NCBI GenBank assembly: GCA_023133415.1
Contig: JAGLWM010000006.1
Location: 1-51,436, forward strand
Direction: 5' to 3'
Origin: Candidatus Pacearchaeota archaeon
GTDB taxonomy: Archaea; Nanobdellota; Nanobdellia; Pacearchaeales; GW2011-AR1
DNA length: 51,436 bases
The stretch's first letter is position 1. Every line of letters starts with the position of its first letter. A model generated the notes under the pieces. The model made no database searches, was not told the DNA's origin, and saw nothing but the letters and a program-made list of their open reading frames with translations. This document shows, piece after piece, positions 8,649 through 18,389 of the stretch. Position numbers and translations under genes: made by a program.

Positions 8649-9899
8649 ATGAAAAAAGTTTTAATAATTGGAATAGTATTTCTTATGGTTGTTGTAGTTA
8701 CAGCAACAGCAGTATTATTTCTTTCTCCCTATCAACCAGACCAGCCCCCATTAGCAGATGATGCTGGTTCAACACAACAGGGAATTCAACAGGTAGTAAA
8801 TGCTAATAATCAATTTGCTTTTGAACTCTATTCGGAATTAAATAAAGCTGAAAATGGTAATATTTTTTATTCTCCTTATAGCATTTCTACTGCTTTCGCA
8901 ATGACTTATGAGGGCGCAAGGGGACAAACAGCAAATGAAATGAAATCTGTTTTTCATTTTCCGGAAAATAATATCTTAAGACTAAATTTTGCTGCAATTT
9001 ATAATGAAATAAATAAAGGAACTAAAACTTATGAATTAAGGACAGGGAATGCTTTATGGGTTCAGCAAGATTATCCTTTTCTTGAAGATTACACAAGCAG
9101 GGTTGAAAAATACTATGGGGGGAAAGTAGCAAATTTAGATTTTGTTTCTGAAACTGAAAAATCAAGACAGACAATTAACGCATTTATTGAAGAACAAACT
9201 AACAATAAAATTAAAGATTTAATCCCTAAAGGCGTTCTTAATGCCATGACAAAACTTGTTCTTACGAACGCGATTTATTTTAAGGGAACTTGGGAATGGG
9301 AATTTGATAAATCTGATACTCGCGAACAAGATTTTAAAATTACAGAAAACGATATTGTCCAAGTCCCAATAATGTTCATGGATCCTGACAAAGCAACTTT
9401 TAATTATGCTGATATTGGAGATTTACAAATCTTAGAGCTACCCTACAAAGGTGAAGAAATTTCTATGTTAATCTTATTACCAACAGAAAATCTTGAAAGT
9501 ATAGAATCAACATTAACCATAGAAAAACTTAATGAATACAAATCACAAATGCAGGAAACAAAATTAGATGCAATCTATTTACCTAAATTTGAATTTGATT
9601 CAAAATACTTTATGAAAGAGACATTAAGCGTTTTGGGAATGCCAATCGCTTTCGGCAACGCAGACTTTTCTGGAATGACGGGGAACAAAGACTTATTTAT
9701 TAGCCAAGTAATCCATCAGGCTTATGTTAAAGTTGATGAAAAAGGGACAGAAGCCGCTGCTGTAACTGCTGTTATAATGGAGAAATTTATAGCAATGCCA
9801 AGAAATATCTTTAGAGCAGACCATCCATTTATCTTTATAATTCAGGAAAAAGAAACAGGAAATATTTTATTTATGGGAAGGGTTGTTGATCCTCGATAA
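8649..9899 (+). CDS. Serpin (serine protease inhibitor), secreted or membrane-anchored
   Basis: NIFYSPYSI, NAIYFKGTW, hinge EKGTEAAAVT, FRADHPFIF; hydrophobic N-terminus. Confidence 0.95.
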   Translation: MKKVLIIGIVFLMVVVVTATAVLFLSPYQPDQPPLADDAGSTQQGIQQVVNANNQFAFELYSELNKAENGNIFYSPYSISTAFAMTYEGARGQTANEMKSVFHFPENNILRLNFAAIYNEINKGTKTYELRTGNALWVQQDYPFLEDYTSRVEKYYGGKVANLDFVSETEKSRQTINAFIEEQTNNKIKDLIPKGVLNAMTKLVLTNAIYFKGTWEWEFDKSDTREQDFKITENDIVQVPIMFMDPDKATFNYADIGDLQILELPYKGEEISMLILLPTENLESIESTLTIEKLNEYKSQMQETKLDAIYLPKFEFDSKYFMKETLSVLGMPIAFGNADFSGMTGNKDLFISQVIHQAYVKVDEKGTEAAAVTAVIMEKFIAMPRNIFRADHPFIFIIQEKETGNILFMGRVVDPR

Positions 9900-9917
9900 A
9901 TTAAATCATAACAATAC

Positions 9918-10490
9918 TCAAAAAATCCTAATAAACCAATTCGGAAAAAATCCCGTATCCCCACAATGATAAACCTTATGAAAAATCTGATTCCAAATTA
10001 AATCAACTTCCATCTCATCCCGAATCCAATTATTCTCTTTCCCCAAAACTAACTGCCCCGGTTTAAATTTCATCGGCCTAAATCCAAAACACTCTTCAAA
10101 AATATCAATACCCTCATTAAAATATTCCTCACCTCTAAAAACTTCAAACTCACGATACGTATGATAAACCCCATGCATCTCTAATTTCTTTTCTCTCTTT
10201 AAAATCTCATTACACCATTCCTCATCAATAGAAACATTTTCAAATTTCGGAATCACATAATAAACATCTGCCAACTCCATCAAATCCTCCTCACAAAAAA
10301 CATTAGGTGAAACGTCATCAAGTTGACTAGGTAGAACCAATCTAATAAAAAACAAACCAACAATCAAAATAGCAACAGTTACACAAGCCGCGCGAAAACA
10401 TGCCCCAGTACTCCGCAATTGGGGGTATGCAAAACTGCGAAGCGCAACATTCCACCTACTACCTACTCCCTCGCGAAGCCACCATTTCAT
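9918..10490 (-). CDS. DUF2334/polysaccharide deacetylase-like protein
   Basis: QLDDVSP and MHGVYH motifs after a TM segment. Confidence 0.65.
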   Translation of the reverse strand: MKWWLREGVGSRWNVALRSFAYPQLRSTGACFRAACVTVAILIVGLFFIRLVLPSQLDDVSPNVFCEEDLMELADVYYVIPKFENVSIDEEWCNEILKREKKLEMHGVYHTYREFEVFRGEEYFNEGIDIFEECFGFRPMKFKPGQLVLGKENNWIRDEMEVDLIWNQIFHKVYHCGDTGFFPNWFIRIF

Positions 10491-10540
10491 AAAAAAACCA
10501 AATCACCAAACTTTTAAAATCCTTTTAACTAGCTAATTTT

Positions 10541-11110
10541 ATGGAAAACGCCAATACTCAACATCCAACCATTTCAGAAACCACAGCTTTGGAAATAGAA
10601 ACCGAATTCGAAACAAACGAAACTCAAGCCCAAGAAAAAGTAGAAGCCGCACTCTTCATCGCCGGCAGATTCCTAACCCTCCAAGAGCTAATCATGCTGA
10701 CCGACATCAACCCAATCATGCTAAAATCAATTCTCCATAACCTCGAAAAAAAATATTCTCACGGCACGCTCCGAATCATCCGAAGAGACGAATCTTACAA
10801 AATGGACATCGCAGAAAAATACCACTATCTTATTAATAAACTCGCAACAGGATCGACCGAATTCACAAAAGCCGAACAAGAAACTCTCGCAATCATCGCC
10901 TACAAACAACCAATAAAGCAGTCCGTCGTAATCAAAATCCGTGGCAACAAATCATATGAACACATCAAAAAGTTTCGTCAACTCGGACTCGTCATGACAA
11001 AACGCGAAGGCCACACCCTAACACTCTCCCTCTCCGAAGAATTTTACGAATACTTCAATGTAACCAAATCTAACAGCCAACAACAAAATAAAGAGAACCA
11101 AATTAAATGA
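10541..11110 (+). CDS. scpB: SMC-Scp complex subunit ScpB
   Basis: VEAALF, ETLAIIAYKQPI..IRG motifs. Confidence 0.92.
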   Translation: MENANTQHPTISETTALEIETEFETNETQAQEKVEAALFIAGRFLTLQELIMLTDINPIMLKSILHNLEKKYSHGTLRIIRRDESYKMDIAEKYHYLINKLATGSTEFTKAEQETLAIIAYKQPIKQSVVIKIRGNKSYEHIKKFRQLGLVMTKREGHTLTLSLSEEFYEYFNVTKSNSQQQNKENQIK

Positions 11111-11138
11111 AATTAGCAAAGTTGCCCAAGTCGTACCA

Positions 11139-11167
11139 CCAACTACCAACTACCAACTACCAACTAC
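11139..11167 (+). repeat. Heptamer tandem repeat (CCAACTA)x4
   Basis: Seen directly, intergenic. Confidence 0.85.
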
Positions 11168-11180
11168 AAGATTATTAAAA

Positions 11181-12413
11181 ATGGAATTTTTAACAATCCT
11201 ATATCTAACCTATACATTCATCGCATTTTACTTCCTAATGATCTACATTTTAGTCTACACCCAAAACCGGAAACAAATCTACGAAACAATTTCCCCAGAC
11301 AAAACAAGATCCCTATCAATCATCATCCCCTGTTTCAACGCAGAAGAAAACATCGCAAAAACCATCCAAGCACACCTAAATTCAGACTACAAAGGACTAA
11401 AAAAAATAATAGTAGTAGACGACTGCTCAACCGACAATTCTGCTACCATAATAAAACAACTCGCCAAAAAACACAAAAAAGTAATGTATGTAAAGACACC
11501 AAAAAACACAGGCAACGCAGCAGGCGCAAAAAACTACGGAAGTAAATTCGTAAAAACGAAGCTAATAGGATTCAGCGACGACGATTCTATGCCAAAGAAA
11601 AATGCAGTCTCAAAAATGGTAGGATTCTTCAACGACGAAAAAGTCGGAGCCGTGACATCTCGAGTCCTCATCAAAGGCAAGCAAAACTTCCTAACAAAAT
11701 CCCAAGCAATCGAATACAAAATTATCGCCTTCACTCGAAAACTCCTAGGATTCCTAGAATCAATCTACGTCACAAATGGACCCCTTAGTATTTACAGGAA
11801 AAAAGCATTCGATCAAGTCGGCGGCTTCGACCAAAAAAATCTAACCGAAGACATAGAGATAACATGGCACTTCGTATCAAAAGGCTGGAAAGTTCACATG
11901 GTAATCCCAGCAATAGTCTACACTTATCCTCCCACAACAATCAAGTCATGGTTTCATCAAAGAATCCGTTGGAACGTAGGCGGAATCCAAACAGTAGCAA
12001 AATACAGAAAAAAATTCTTCCAATGTGGAATGCTGGGATTATTCATCATGCCCTTCTTTATCCTCTCATGGTTTCTCGGAATCACCGGACTTTTCTTCTT
12101 AGCATACCGTTTCACAAAACACATCATGGTTAAATATCTCGTAGCAAAATATTCCGTAGCAGCAAATGTAGCCCTCATCACAATGAACGATATATCTCTA
12201 AACCCAAGCATCCTCTTCTTCTTCGGAATGCTCCTCTTTGCCCTCGGCCTAATCTATACAATCACCGCCCTCACCTACTCAAAAGAATCAGGAAAATTAA
12301 TCGGCCACAAAATCCGCGACATATTTATATATTCAATTTTCTATCTTCTCATGTACCCTCCACTATTAATAGTATCATTCTACAAGTACATGCGAGGCTA
12401 CAATACATGGTAA
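11181..12413 (+). CDS. Processive membrane GT2 glycosyltransferase
   Basis: VVDDCSTD, SDDD, TED and QRIRW (QxxRW) motifs; TM helices at both ends. Confidence 0.92.
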   Translation: MEFLTILYLTYTFIAFYFLMIYILVYTQNRKQIYETISPDKTRSLSIIIPCFNAEENIAKTIQAHLNSDYKGLKKIIVVDDCSTDNSATIIKQLAKKHKKVMYVKTPKNTGNAAGAKNYGSKFVKTKLIGFSDDDSMPKKNAVSKMVGFFNDEKVGAVTSRVLIKGKQNFLTKSQAIEYKIIAFTRKLLGFLESIYVTNGPLSIYRKKAFDQVGGFDQKNLTEDIEITWHFVSKGWKVHMVIPAIVYTYPPTTIKSWFHQRIRWNVGGIQTVAKYRKKFFQCGMLGLFIMPFFILSWFLGITGLFFLAYRFTKHIMVKYLVAKYSVAANVALITMNDISLNPSILFFFGMLLFALGLIYTITALTYSKESGKLIGHKIRDIFIYSIFYLLMYPPLLIVSFYKYMRGYNTW

Positions 12414-12414
12414 A

Positions 12415-13065
12415 ATGTTAAAGTCAAAAAAACACGTATTTTGGGAAGCACTCATAATCACAATAGTAATATTTCTCGCCGGCCTTTTCTTGGGAATGCT
12501 AATCGAAACAAGCAACTCAAACAAAATCTCAAACCTTTACCTTCAATCCGAAATCAGCCTAACTGATGCTATGGCCTCATCCAGACTTTTCGAAGACACA
12601 AATCTAAATTGCGACGCAATAAAAAATAACAATATCAAGCTCGCAGACCAAATATACGAAGAAGCAAAACTCTTGGAGCAATATGAAGAAGTAGGAAAAC
12701 TAACAGATAGTATGTTTTTTCTTCACAAAAAATACGATCTCTTACGAACACTCCTATGGACTTCAAACCAAAAATCCCTAAAAAGATGTAATAACTACAA
12801 TCTAGTTGTCTATCTTTACGAATATGAAACAGAAGACACAAAAATCAAAGCAATACAAAATGTCTGGTCAAAAATGCTCTTAGATATCAAAGAACAAAAC
12901 TACGACATCTTACTTCTTCCAATCGCAGCCGACCAAAATTTAACCTCACTAAATCTCCTAATGGAAGAACATCAAATTAAAAAGTTCCCAGCCCTCATAA
13001 TTAATAATGACGAAATCCTCTACGAGCTAAAAAACACAAGTTCAGTCTACCGCCTTCTAAACTAA
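12415..13065 (+). CDS. Membrane-anchored hypothetical protein, possible C-terminal thioredoxin-like fold
   Basis: N-terminal TM; C-terminal IKKFPALIIN; coupled to the GT2 gene. Confidence 0.6.
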   Translation: MLKSKKHVFWEALIITIVIFLAGLFLGMLIETSNSNKISNLYLQSEISLTDAMASSRLFEDTNLNCDAIKNNNIKLADQIYEEAKLLEQYEEVGKLTDSMFFLHKKYDLLRTLLWTSNQKSLKRCNNYNLVVYLYEYETEDTKIKAIQNVWSKMLLDIKEQNYDILLLPIAADQNLTSLNLLMEEHQIKKFPALIINNDEILYELKNTSSVYRLLN

Positions 13066-13230
13066 CGTATATACCCAACCACATATTTCTTTAAAAAATA
13101 AAATTTCCTATCTTAATCATGGAACTAAATCAAAATGCAGTTTTGGAATCTAAGTTTCTCTACTTGCGAGAAATTATGCCCTCATCAGAGGGTACTCCGG
13201 CGGAGCACCTTTTCTAAAGAGAAAGAAATC

Positions 13231-14010
13231 ATGGGAATCTGCATAATATGTAAAAAATCTTCCGAAGAAACAAAACTCTACCCGGGAATCCTAGAAGCCG
13301 AAATAATCAACATTTGCGAAGAATGTGCCGAAGATCAAAAAATTCCAATCATCAAAAAACCCTCCGAATCCCAGCTAAACCAAGCAGACAAAACCTACTC
13401 CGTTAGAGAACGTCTCGACAGAATGGCAGGACGGCGTGACATAACTCAAATTTCCAACGACCAAATCACAACCCAACGAAATCTCGCAAAACTCAAAATG
13501 CCAAAACCAAAACAACACCATCCAGATGTCTTAGACAACTACTATTGGACGCTAAATATGGCAAGACGACGAGCCAAAATGACGATATCCCAACTCGCAA
13601 AAAAAATAGACACAACACCCTACATAATCCAAGATATAGAAAAAGGCATCCTTTCAAAAGATTTCAAAGAAATATTCCTAAAACTCGAAGCCCTCTTCGG
13701 AATCAAACTTCTAAAGACTCACAAACCCCAAATCAATTTCACAAGAAAACATCGTAATCAAGAACAAGAAATATTGAAAGCGGTAGAGGAAAAAATGAAA
13801 AATCCAGAAGGCACACTAGAAGAAGACGAAGAAATAGAGGCAATCCATGAAAAAATAGAACGCGAGGAGATAAGGCTCTCAAAAAGAGAAGATTTACAAA
13901 ACATAACATTAAACGATCTAGTCGACAGAAAAAGAACGCGAGAAAAACGAAAACTTCAAGCAAAACAAAACGAAATGCTCGGCGATGACATAGATATTAA
14001 AGAACTCTAA
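13231..14010 (+). CDS. aMBF1-like zinc-ribbon + HTH protein with acidic C-terminal extension
   Basis: CIIC..ICEEC, then ARRRAKMTISQLAKKI..IQDIEKG HTH; start placed at ATG 13231. Confidence 0.75.
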   Translation: MGICIICKKSSEETKLYPGILEAEIINICEECAEDQKIPIIKKPSESQLNQADKTYSVRERLDRMAGRRDITQISNDQITTQRNLAKLKMPKPKQHHPDVLDNYYWTLNMARRRAKMTISQLAKKIDTTPYIIQDIEKGILSKDFKEIFLKLEALFGIKLLKTHKPQINFTRKHRNQEQEILKAVEEKMKNPEGTLEEDEEIEAIHEKIEREEIRLSKREDLQNITLNDLVDRKRTREKRKLQAKQNEMLGDDIDIKEL

Positions 14011-14108
14011 AAAACCTTTATCAAAACCAAAATATGAAACAACAATGTTACTATTCTCCCGACTAGCTGACAACTGATTACTGACAGCGAAGCGTACTGC
14101 AGGCGAAG

Positions 14109-14735
14109 TTATCCAAGATAACGAAGCCTACCCGGACGCGGCTCATAAACCAATCCCTCTTCCAACAATTTCTTAACCTCACCCTCAATCGCCTCAGGAC
14201 TAGCCTCAACATCCATAACCAAAACATCCCTGTCAATCCCACCATCACTTTCCTTTTCCTTAATCTTATCCAAAATCTGATTCTTCAAACTATTATCCCC
14301 TTTCTCATCAACAACCAAATCCTTCCGAGCATTCTGAATCTCCAACTTCCGAACCAACAGCCACCGAGCATCAACCTTCTTCACAATCTCCGGAATCATA
14401 TAAATCTCCCCGTTCCATTCCCTCATATTCCCAATAATCTGCAAAGTTTCCCCCTGCATAATATTTTTCACTCGATCAATATCCTCACCAAAAACCTTCA
14501 ACTTCAACTGCCCCGAAGCATCATCCACGGTCAAAGAAGCAAAACTCTTCTCACCCTCCTGCACAAACTTATCAACACAATTAGCCAACAAATTAACCCG
14601 CACAACCTTCCTATCTCCCAACTCCAAAAACAGAAATTTCCCCTCATTCATCATCGGCACACCCTTCAGAATATCACCAATTCGCAACTTATACGCAACA
14701 TTTCTTTTCCGAATCTCACCCGTATTTTCAACCAT
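14109..14735 (-). CDS. OB-fold + winged-helix protein (RPA32-like)
   Basis: RNVAYKLRI, VDDASG, C-terminal LLEEGLVYEPRPG. Confidence 0.8.
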   Translation of the reverse strand: MVENTGEIRKRNVAYKLRIGDILKGVPMMNEGKFLFLELGDRKVVRVNLLANCVDKFVQEGEKSFASLTVDDASGQLKLKVFGEDIDRVKNIMQGETLQIIGNMREWNGEIYMIPEIVKKVDARWLLVRKLEIQNARKDLVVDEKGDNSLKNQILDKIKEKESDGGIDRDVLVMDVEASPEAIEGEVKKLLEEGLVYEPRPGRLRYLG

Positions 14736-14766
14736 ATTTGGAAATGTTAATATGACTTTATAAGGA

Positions 14767-14886
14767 TTATTGGGATTGAGTTGATGAGTTGCTTTCCATC
14801 GCCTCTAATCGCTGAATAGAAGTCTCCAAATAATCTTTCTCAATATCTATCCCAACATATTTCCGCCCAAGCTCGACACAAACAAC
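14767..14886 (-). pseudogene. C-terminal remnant of a beta-class N6/N4 DNA methyltransferase
   Basis: Manual translation VVCVELGRKYVGIDIEKDYLETSIQRLE.. matches the segment following the F-x-G-x-G-T-T motif; no start codon. Confidence 0.65.
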
Positions 14887-14892
14887 CTAAAC

Positions 14893-15054
14893 TTAAATAT
14901 TTCTAATCTTTGAATCCCAAGTGACCATCCATTCAATGTCGTTTAAATTAAACCCTTTCTCTATAAGCCAAGGCTCATAATCCCCAAATTTTCGATCCTC
15001 TACATCTCCCATATAAACACTCCCATCACAGTAATTCAAAATAATTATCCTCAT
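14893..15054 (-). CDS. Small hypothetical protein (53 aa)
   Basis: ORF from MRIIILNYCD; no recognisable motif. Confidence 0.45.
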   Translation of the reverse strand: MRIIILNYCDGSVYMGDVEDRKFGDYEPWLIEKGFNLNDIEWMVTWDSKIRNI

Positions 15055-15103
15055 AAATAAAGATAAAAAACATTCTTTATAATAATGATCCAAAACTATC
15101 CAG

Positions 15104-15874
15104 TTACAACAAAAACTCATATCTACCATTCCCACAGAAACTCAAAACCTTATTGTCTCTAAGCACTTGCAACTGCTGCCTAATCTTTGCATGTATATTA
15201 TTATTCATAGGATGCAATTCTTTCAAATATCTGTCATATTTGTAAATTTCCCTTAAATCAAATTTGTTATCTAATTCTTCAACACATTTCAAGACATCAC
15301 TAGCCCAGCCCCTAAACTCAGGTTTTTTAGAATTCATAAAAAACATTTTTTTCCAAACCTTATTTATTTTGTTTCTTTCTATAATCTTTTCATCTTTCAC
15401 AATTTGAATTTTTCCTTCTTCTGGAAGTCTATCTAGCAAAAAATTACAACCAACCCACCCAGCCCTTTTTGCATTCTTACTTAAGGGATTCCTTTTCTCT
15501 ATCATAGAAACACTAATAAAAAACTTAGGAATCAAAAACAAACTTTTAATAGTCCAATTAGCGTTCTCATAATTCATCAGAAAAAAATTCGGAGAACTAT
15601 CTCTAGAAATTATATTCATCATTGTATTATATTCTCCATCAACAACTTTTCTCTTAAACTCATTTTTAGAAGCCTTCAATTGAAATTCATTTTTACATTT
15701 CTCACAAAAGAAGTCACTTCCCTTTTGATTATTTGGAAAATCATCAACACCTTCATTCAAACAACACGGGCAATACATCTCACGACTAAACCAATTCTCA
15801 GTCAAAATTCTAGCAATTTGAGAATTGCTTTTATAATTTTGTAGAACCTCTTTTTGATACATTGACAAATCCAT
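15104..15874 (-). CDS. DpnI-like / Dam-replacing methyl-directed restriction endonuclease
   Basis: SQIARILTENW, YCPCC, DFFCEKC..EFQLK, RAGWVGCN and C-terminal HPxNNNIxAKIRQQLQVLRD winged helix. Confidence 0.9.
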   Translation of the reverse strand: MDLSMYQKEVLQNYKSNSQIARILTENWFSREMYCPCCLNEGVDDFPNNQKGSDFFCEKCKNEFQLKASKNEFKRKVVDGEYNTMMNIISRDSSPNFFLMNYENANWTIKSLFLIPKFFISVSMIEKRNPLSKNAKRAGWVGCNFLLDRLPEEGKIQIVKDEKIIERNKINKVWKKMFFMNSKKPEFRGWASDVLKCVEELDNKFDLREIYKYDRYLKELHPMNNNIHAKIRQQLQVLRDNKVLSFCGNGRYEFLL

Positions 15875-15913
15875 ACCAATCTTTGTTAAACCTAATATAT
15901 AAGTTAAACGATT

Positions 15914-16135
15914 TCAAAAAAATAAAGTATAAACATTAACGAGATCTTCATTAACATCTGATAAAAATATTTTTTTAGGTTTATATTTTTTTATCAAATA
16001 AAATGCAACCGCACCTCCCCCAACAAAAGGCTCGAAATATCTATTAATTTTTTTAGGAAACAAAGGCCCCAATTGAGGCAAGAGTTGTCTTTTCCCCCCA
16101 GCCCACTTCACAATAGCCACATCTTTTTTCCCCAT
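15914..16135 (-). pseudogene. Truncated Dam-family (D12) adenine methyltransferase, N-terminal 73 aa only
   Basis: KWAGGK, YFEPFVGGGAV, SDVN present; no DPPY motif. Confidence 0.85.
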
Positions 16136-16198
16136 TCAGCAACAAATCAGAAAGTCTTTTTATACCTTCCCACAAGCGCGAACAAACCACAACCAACT

Positions 16199-16307
16199 CG
16201 CCAAACCCCCAGCGAAGCTGAACTTTTCCACAAACAAAGTTTGTGAACCTCTCCATCGACAAAGTCGATGAACCTTTCCAGAAAACCAAAGTTTTCTGAA
16301 CTTTTCC
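16199..16307. repeat. Array of four variable hairpins with AACYTYTC linkers
   Basis: CGCCAAACCCC, then CAGC-GAA-GCTG, CACAAAC-AAA-GTTTGTG, CATCGAC-AAA-GTCGATG, CAGAAAAC-CAAA-GTTTTCTG, each followed by the linker. Confidence 0.9.
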
Positions 16308-16313
16308 AAAAAA

Positions 16314-18365
16314 TCACATCCTCTGAACAAACCCCCTCCTCGGCCTAAACAAATCCCCCGACTTCAACAGTTTCCCAATCGCCTCATCAACCTCACTCCC
16401 TTTCATCCTTCCCTCCAACGCCTTCGACACCTCCTCCAACGGAATCAACTTCCCCATCTTCTTCTCAAGCTCCTCAATCGTATCAACAACAACTACAATC
16501 TTATTCCTCGCCGACGCCGAATTCCCAGTAATCCTATCCACATCAAAAGTCTTCGTATCCTTATCATATCCAACCTGTAACAAATAACTCTTCACCAAAT
16601 CAATCGCCGCAATCGCATCCTTCACCCCAACCTCCTCACTCAACCTCATCCTCGCATGCGCCTCCGCCAACCGAACAATTGCCTCAAGCTGCCGCGCCCC
16701 AATCGGAATCGGCTTACTCGGCCCGTCTCCAATCTGCGGCATATTTCTAAGTCCAACATAAAACTCCTTCATCACACCAATCGCCTCGTCGGTCAACTTA
16801 GGATTATACTTCTGCTTAGCATATGAAATATATTTCTTCAACAAATCGTTATCAATCACATCATGCTTCGCCTCCTGCTTATGCTCCATCAAAACATGCG
16901 TCGCAATCGCCTCATCATTCTCACGACTAGGAATATCCCTAATAATAAAAATCGCATCAAACCTCGAAAGCAAACTCGGCATCAAATTAACCTGCTTCGG
17001 AATCGACTGCAACGGATCAAACCGCCCAAACTTAGGATTCGCCGCCGCAAGAACCGAAGTTTGAGAACGAAGCGTAGCCTGAACAGTCGCCTTAGAAATC
17101 GTAACCGTTTGCTGCTCCATCGCCTCATGCATCGTCGACCGATCTTCCTCATCCATCTTATCAAACTCATCAATACAAACAATTCCCTTATTCGCCAAAA
17201 CCATTGCACCGGCTTCCAAACCCCAACCTTTCAAAATATCATCCTTCACAACAGTCGCCGTCAAACCAGCTCCCGTCGCCGACTTACCCGAAACATACCG
17301 AGCTTTCGGCGCAACTCCACTAATAAACCCAAGCATCACCGACTTCGCAACACCTGGATCCCCAACTAACAAGACATGAACATCCCCCCTCATCTTCGTC
17401 CCATCACTACGCGTCTTCTTCACCCCACCGAACAACTGAAACGCCAAAGCTTTCTTTACTTCACGATGTCCCCAAATCGATGGTGCAATACTATCAACCA
17501 TCTTATCAACCAACTTAGGATCAGCCGCCAACTCCCGAATCGTCCTTTCATCTTCCTCATTAATGTCAACATCCTCAAAACTCTCCTCCATTGGAATAAT
17601 ATTATTCGACTCAACGGCCAAATCAAACCGGGTCAGCATCGCCCCACTCCCAGTCGTAATCGCAATCTCTTTCAAAATCCCAATAATCTTAACCCGGCTC
17701 CCAGGCGTCGTCCTCATCTCCATTGTAGGATCAACCAAATCCTCCTTCAAAAAAATCGTCATTCTCTTCGGCTGCTCCCCCCCGTGCAAATTATCACTAG
17801 CTTCCTCAATCGTCAGAACCTGCGCATCAACCATATCCTTCGCAATTTCCTTAAACCCACCTCGACGACCACAGCTACACCTACTCGGCTCCTTAAATTT
17901 CTTATCAATCTGCAAAACAGAAATAAGCGTCCCACAACTTGGACACTCAAACTTAGCATTCGTAACGAGTGGCCTAACTTCACTCGCCTGCCTAACCACA
18001 CCTTCCATTCCAATCATCTTCCCCAAATGCTTCGACCTAATATGCCGAATAAACAACTCCTGCCCCTTCGAAATACTATTAAACCTAACTCTCGCATCCG
18101 AAGGCGCCCACTCAAGCTCCTCAAGCGCAACCTCCAATAACTGCACCGTCTCCTCAGGTCTATCAATCAAATTACCAGCAAGCTCTGGCGAATGCGCCGA
18201 AAACTCCTCGAAATCAACACAAACAACCTTATTCTCTCCACTCATCCTCCGCACAATCTCCTTCCTATTCACTTCAAAAAACTCCTTCGCCTCTGTCAAA
18301 AACTCATCCTGATTAATCGCATCAGTATCAACGCTTTTTTTATTCGCCTCGCTATTTCCTTCCAT
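16314..18365 (-). CDS. mcm: MCM replicative helicase
   Basis: Zn finger CPSC..CSC, GDPGVAKS, CIDEFDKM, LLSRFD. Confidence 0.98.
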   Translation of the reverse strand: MEGNSEANKKSVDTDAINQDEFLTEAKEFFEVNRKEIVRRMSGENKVVCVDFEEFSAHSPELAGNLIDRPEETVQLLEVALEELEWAPSDARVRFNSISKGQELFIRHIRSKHLGKMIGMEGVVRQASEVRPLVTNAKFECPSCGTLISVLQIDKKFKEPSRCSCGRRGGFKEIAKDMVDAQVLTIEEASDNLHGGEQPKRMTIFLKEDLVDPTMEMRTTPGSRVKIIGILKEIAITTGSGAMLTRFDLAVESNNIIPMEESFEDVDINEEDERTIRELAADPKLVDKMVDSIAPSIWGHREVKKALAFQLFGGVKKTRSDGTKMRGDVHVLLVGDPGVAKSVMLGFISGVAPKARYVSGKSATGAGLTATVVKDDILKGWGLEAGAMVLANKGIVCIDEFDKMDEEDRSTMHEAMEQQTVTISKATVQATLRSQTSVLAAANPKFGRFDPLQSIPKQVNLMPSLLSRFDAIFIIRDIPSRENDEAIATHVLMEHKQEAKHDVIDNDLLKKYISYAKQKYNPKLTDEAIGVMKEFYVGLRNMPQIGDGPSKPIPIGARQLEAIVRLAEAHARMRLSEEVGVKDAIAAIDLVKSYLLQVGYDKDTKTFDVDRITGNSASARNKIVVVVDTIEELEKKMGKLIPLEEVSKALEGRMKGSEVDEAIGKLLKSGDLFRPRRGFVQRM

Positions 18366-18389
18366 AATAAAATCAAGAAAACTCCACTT

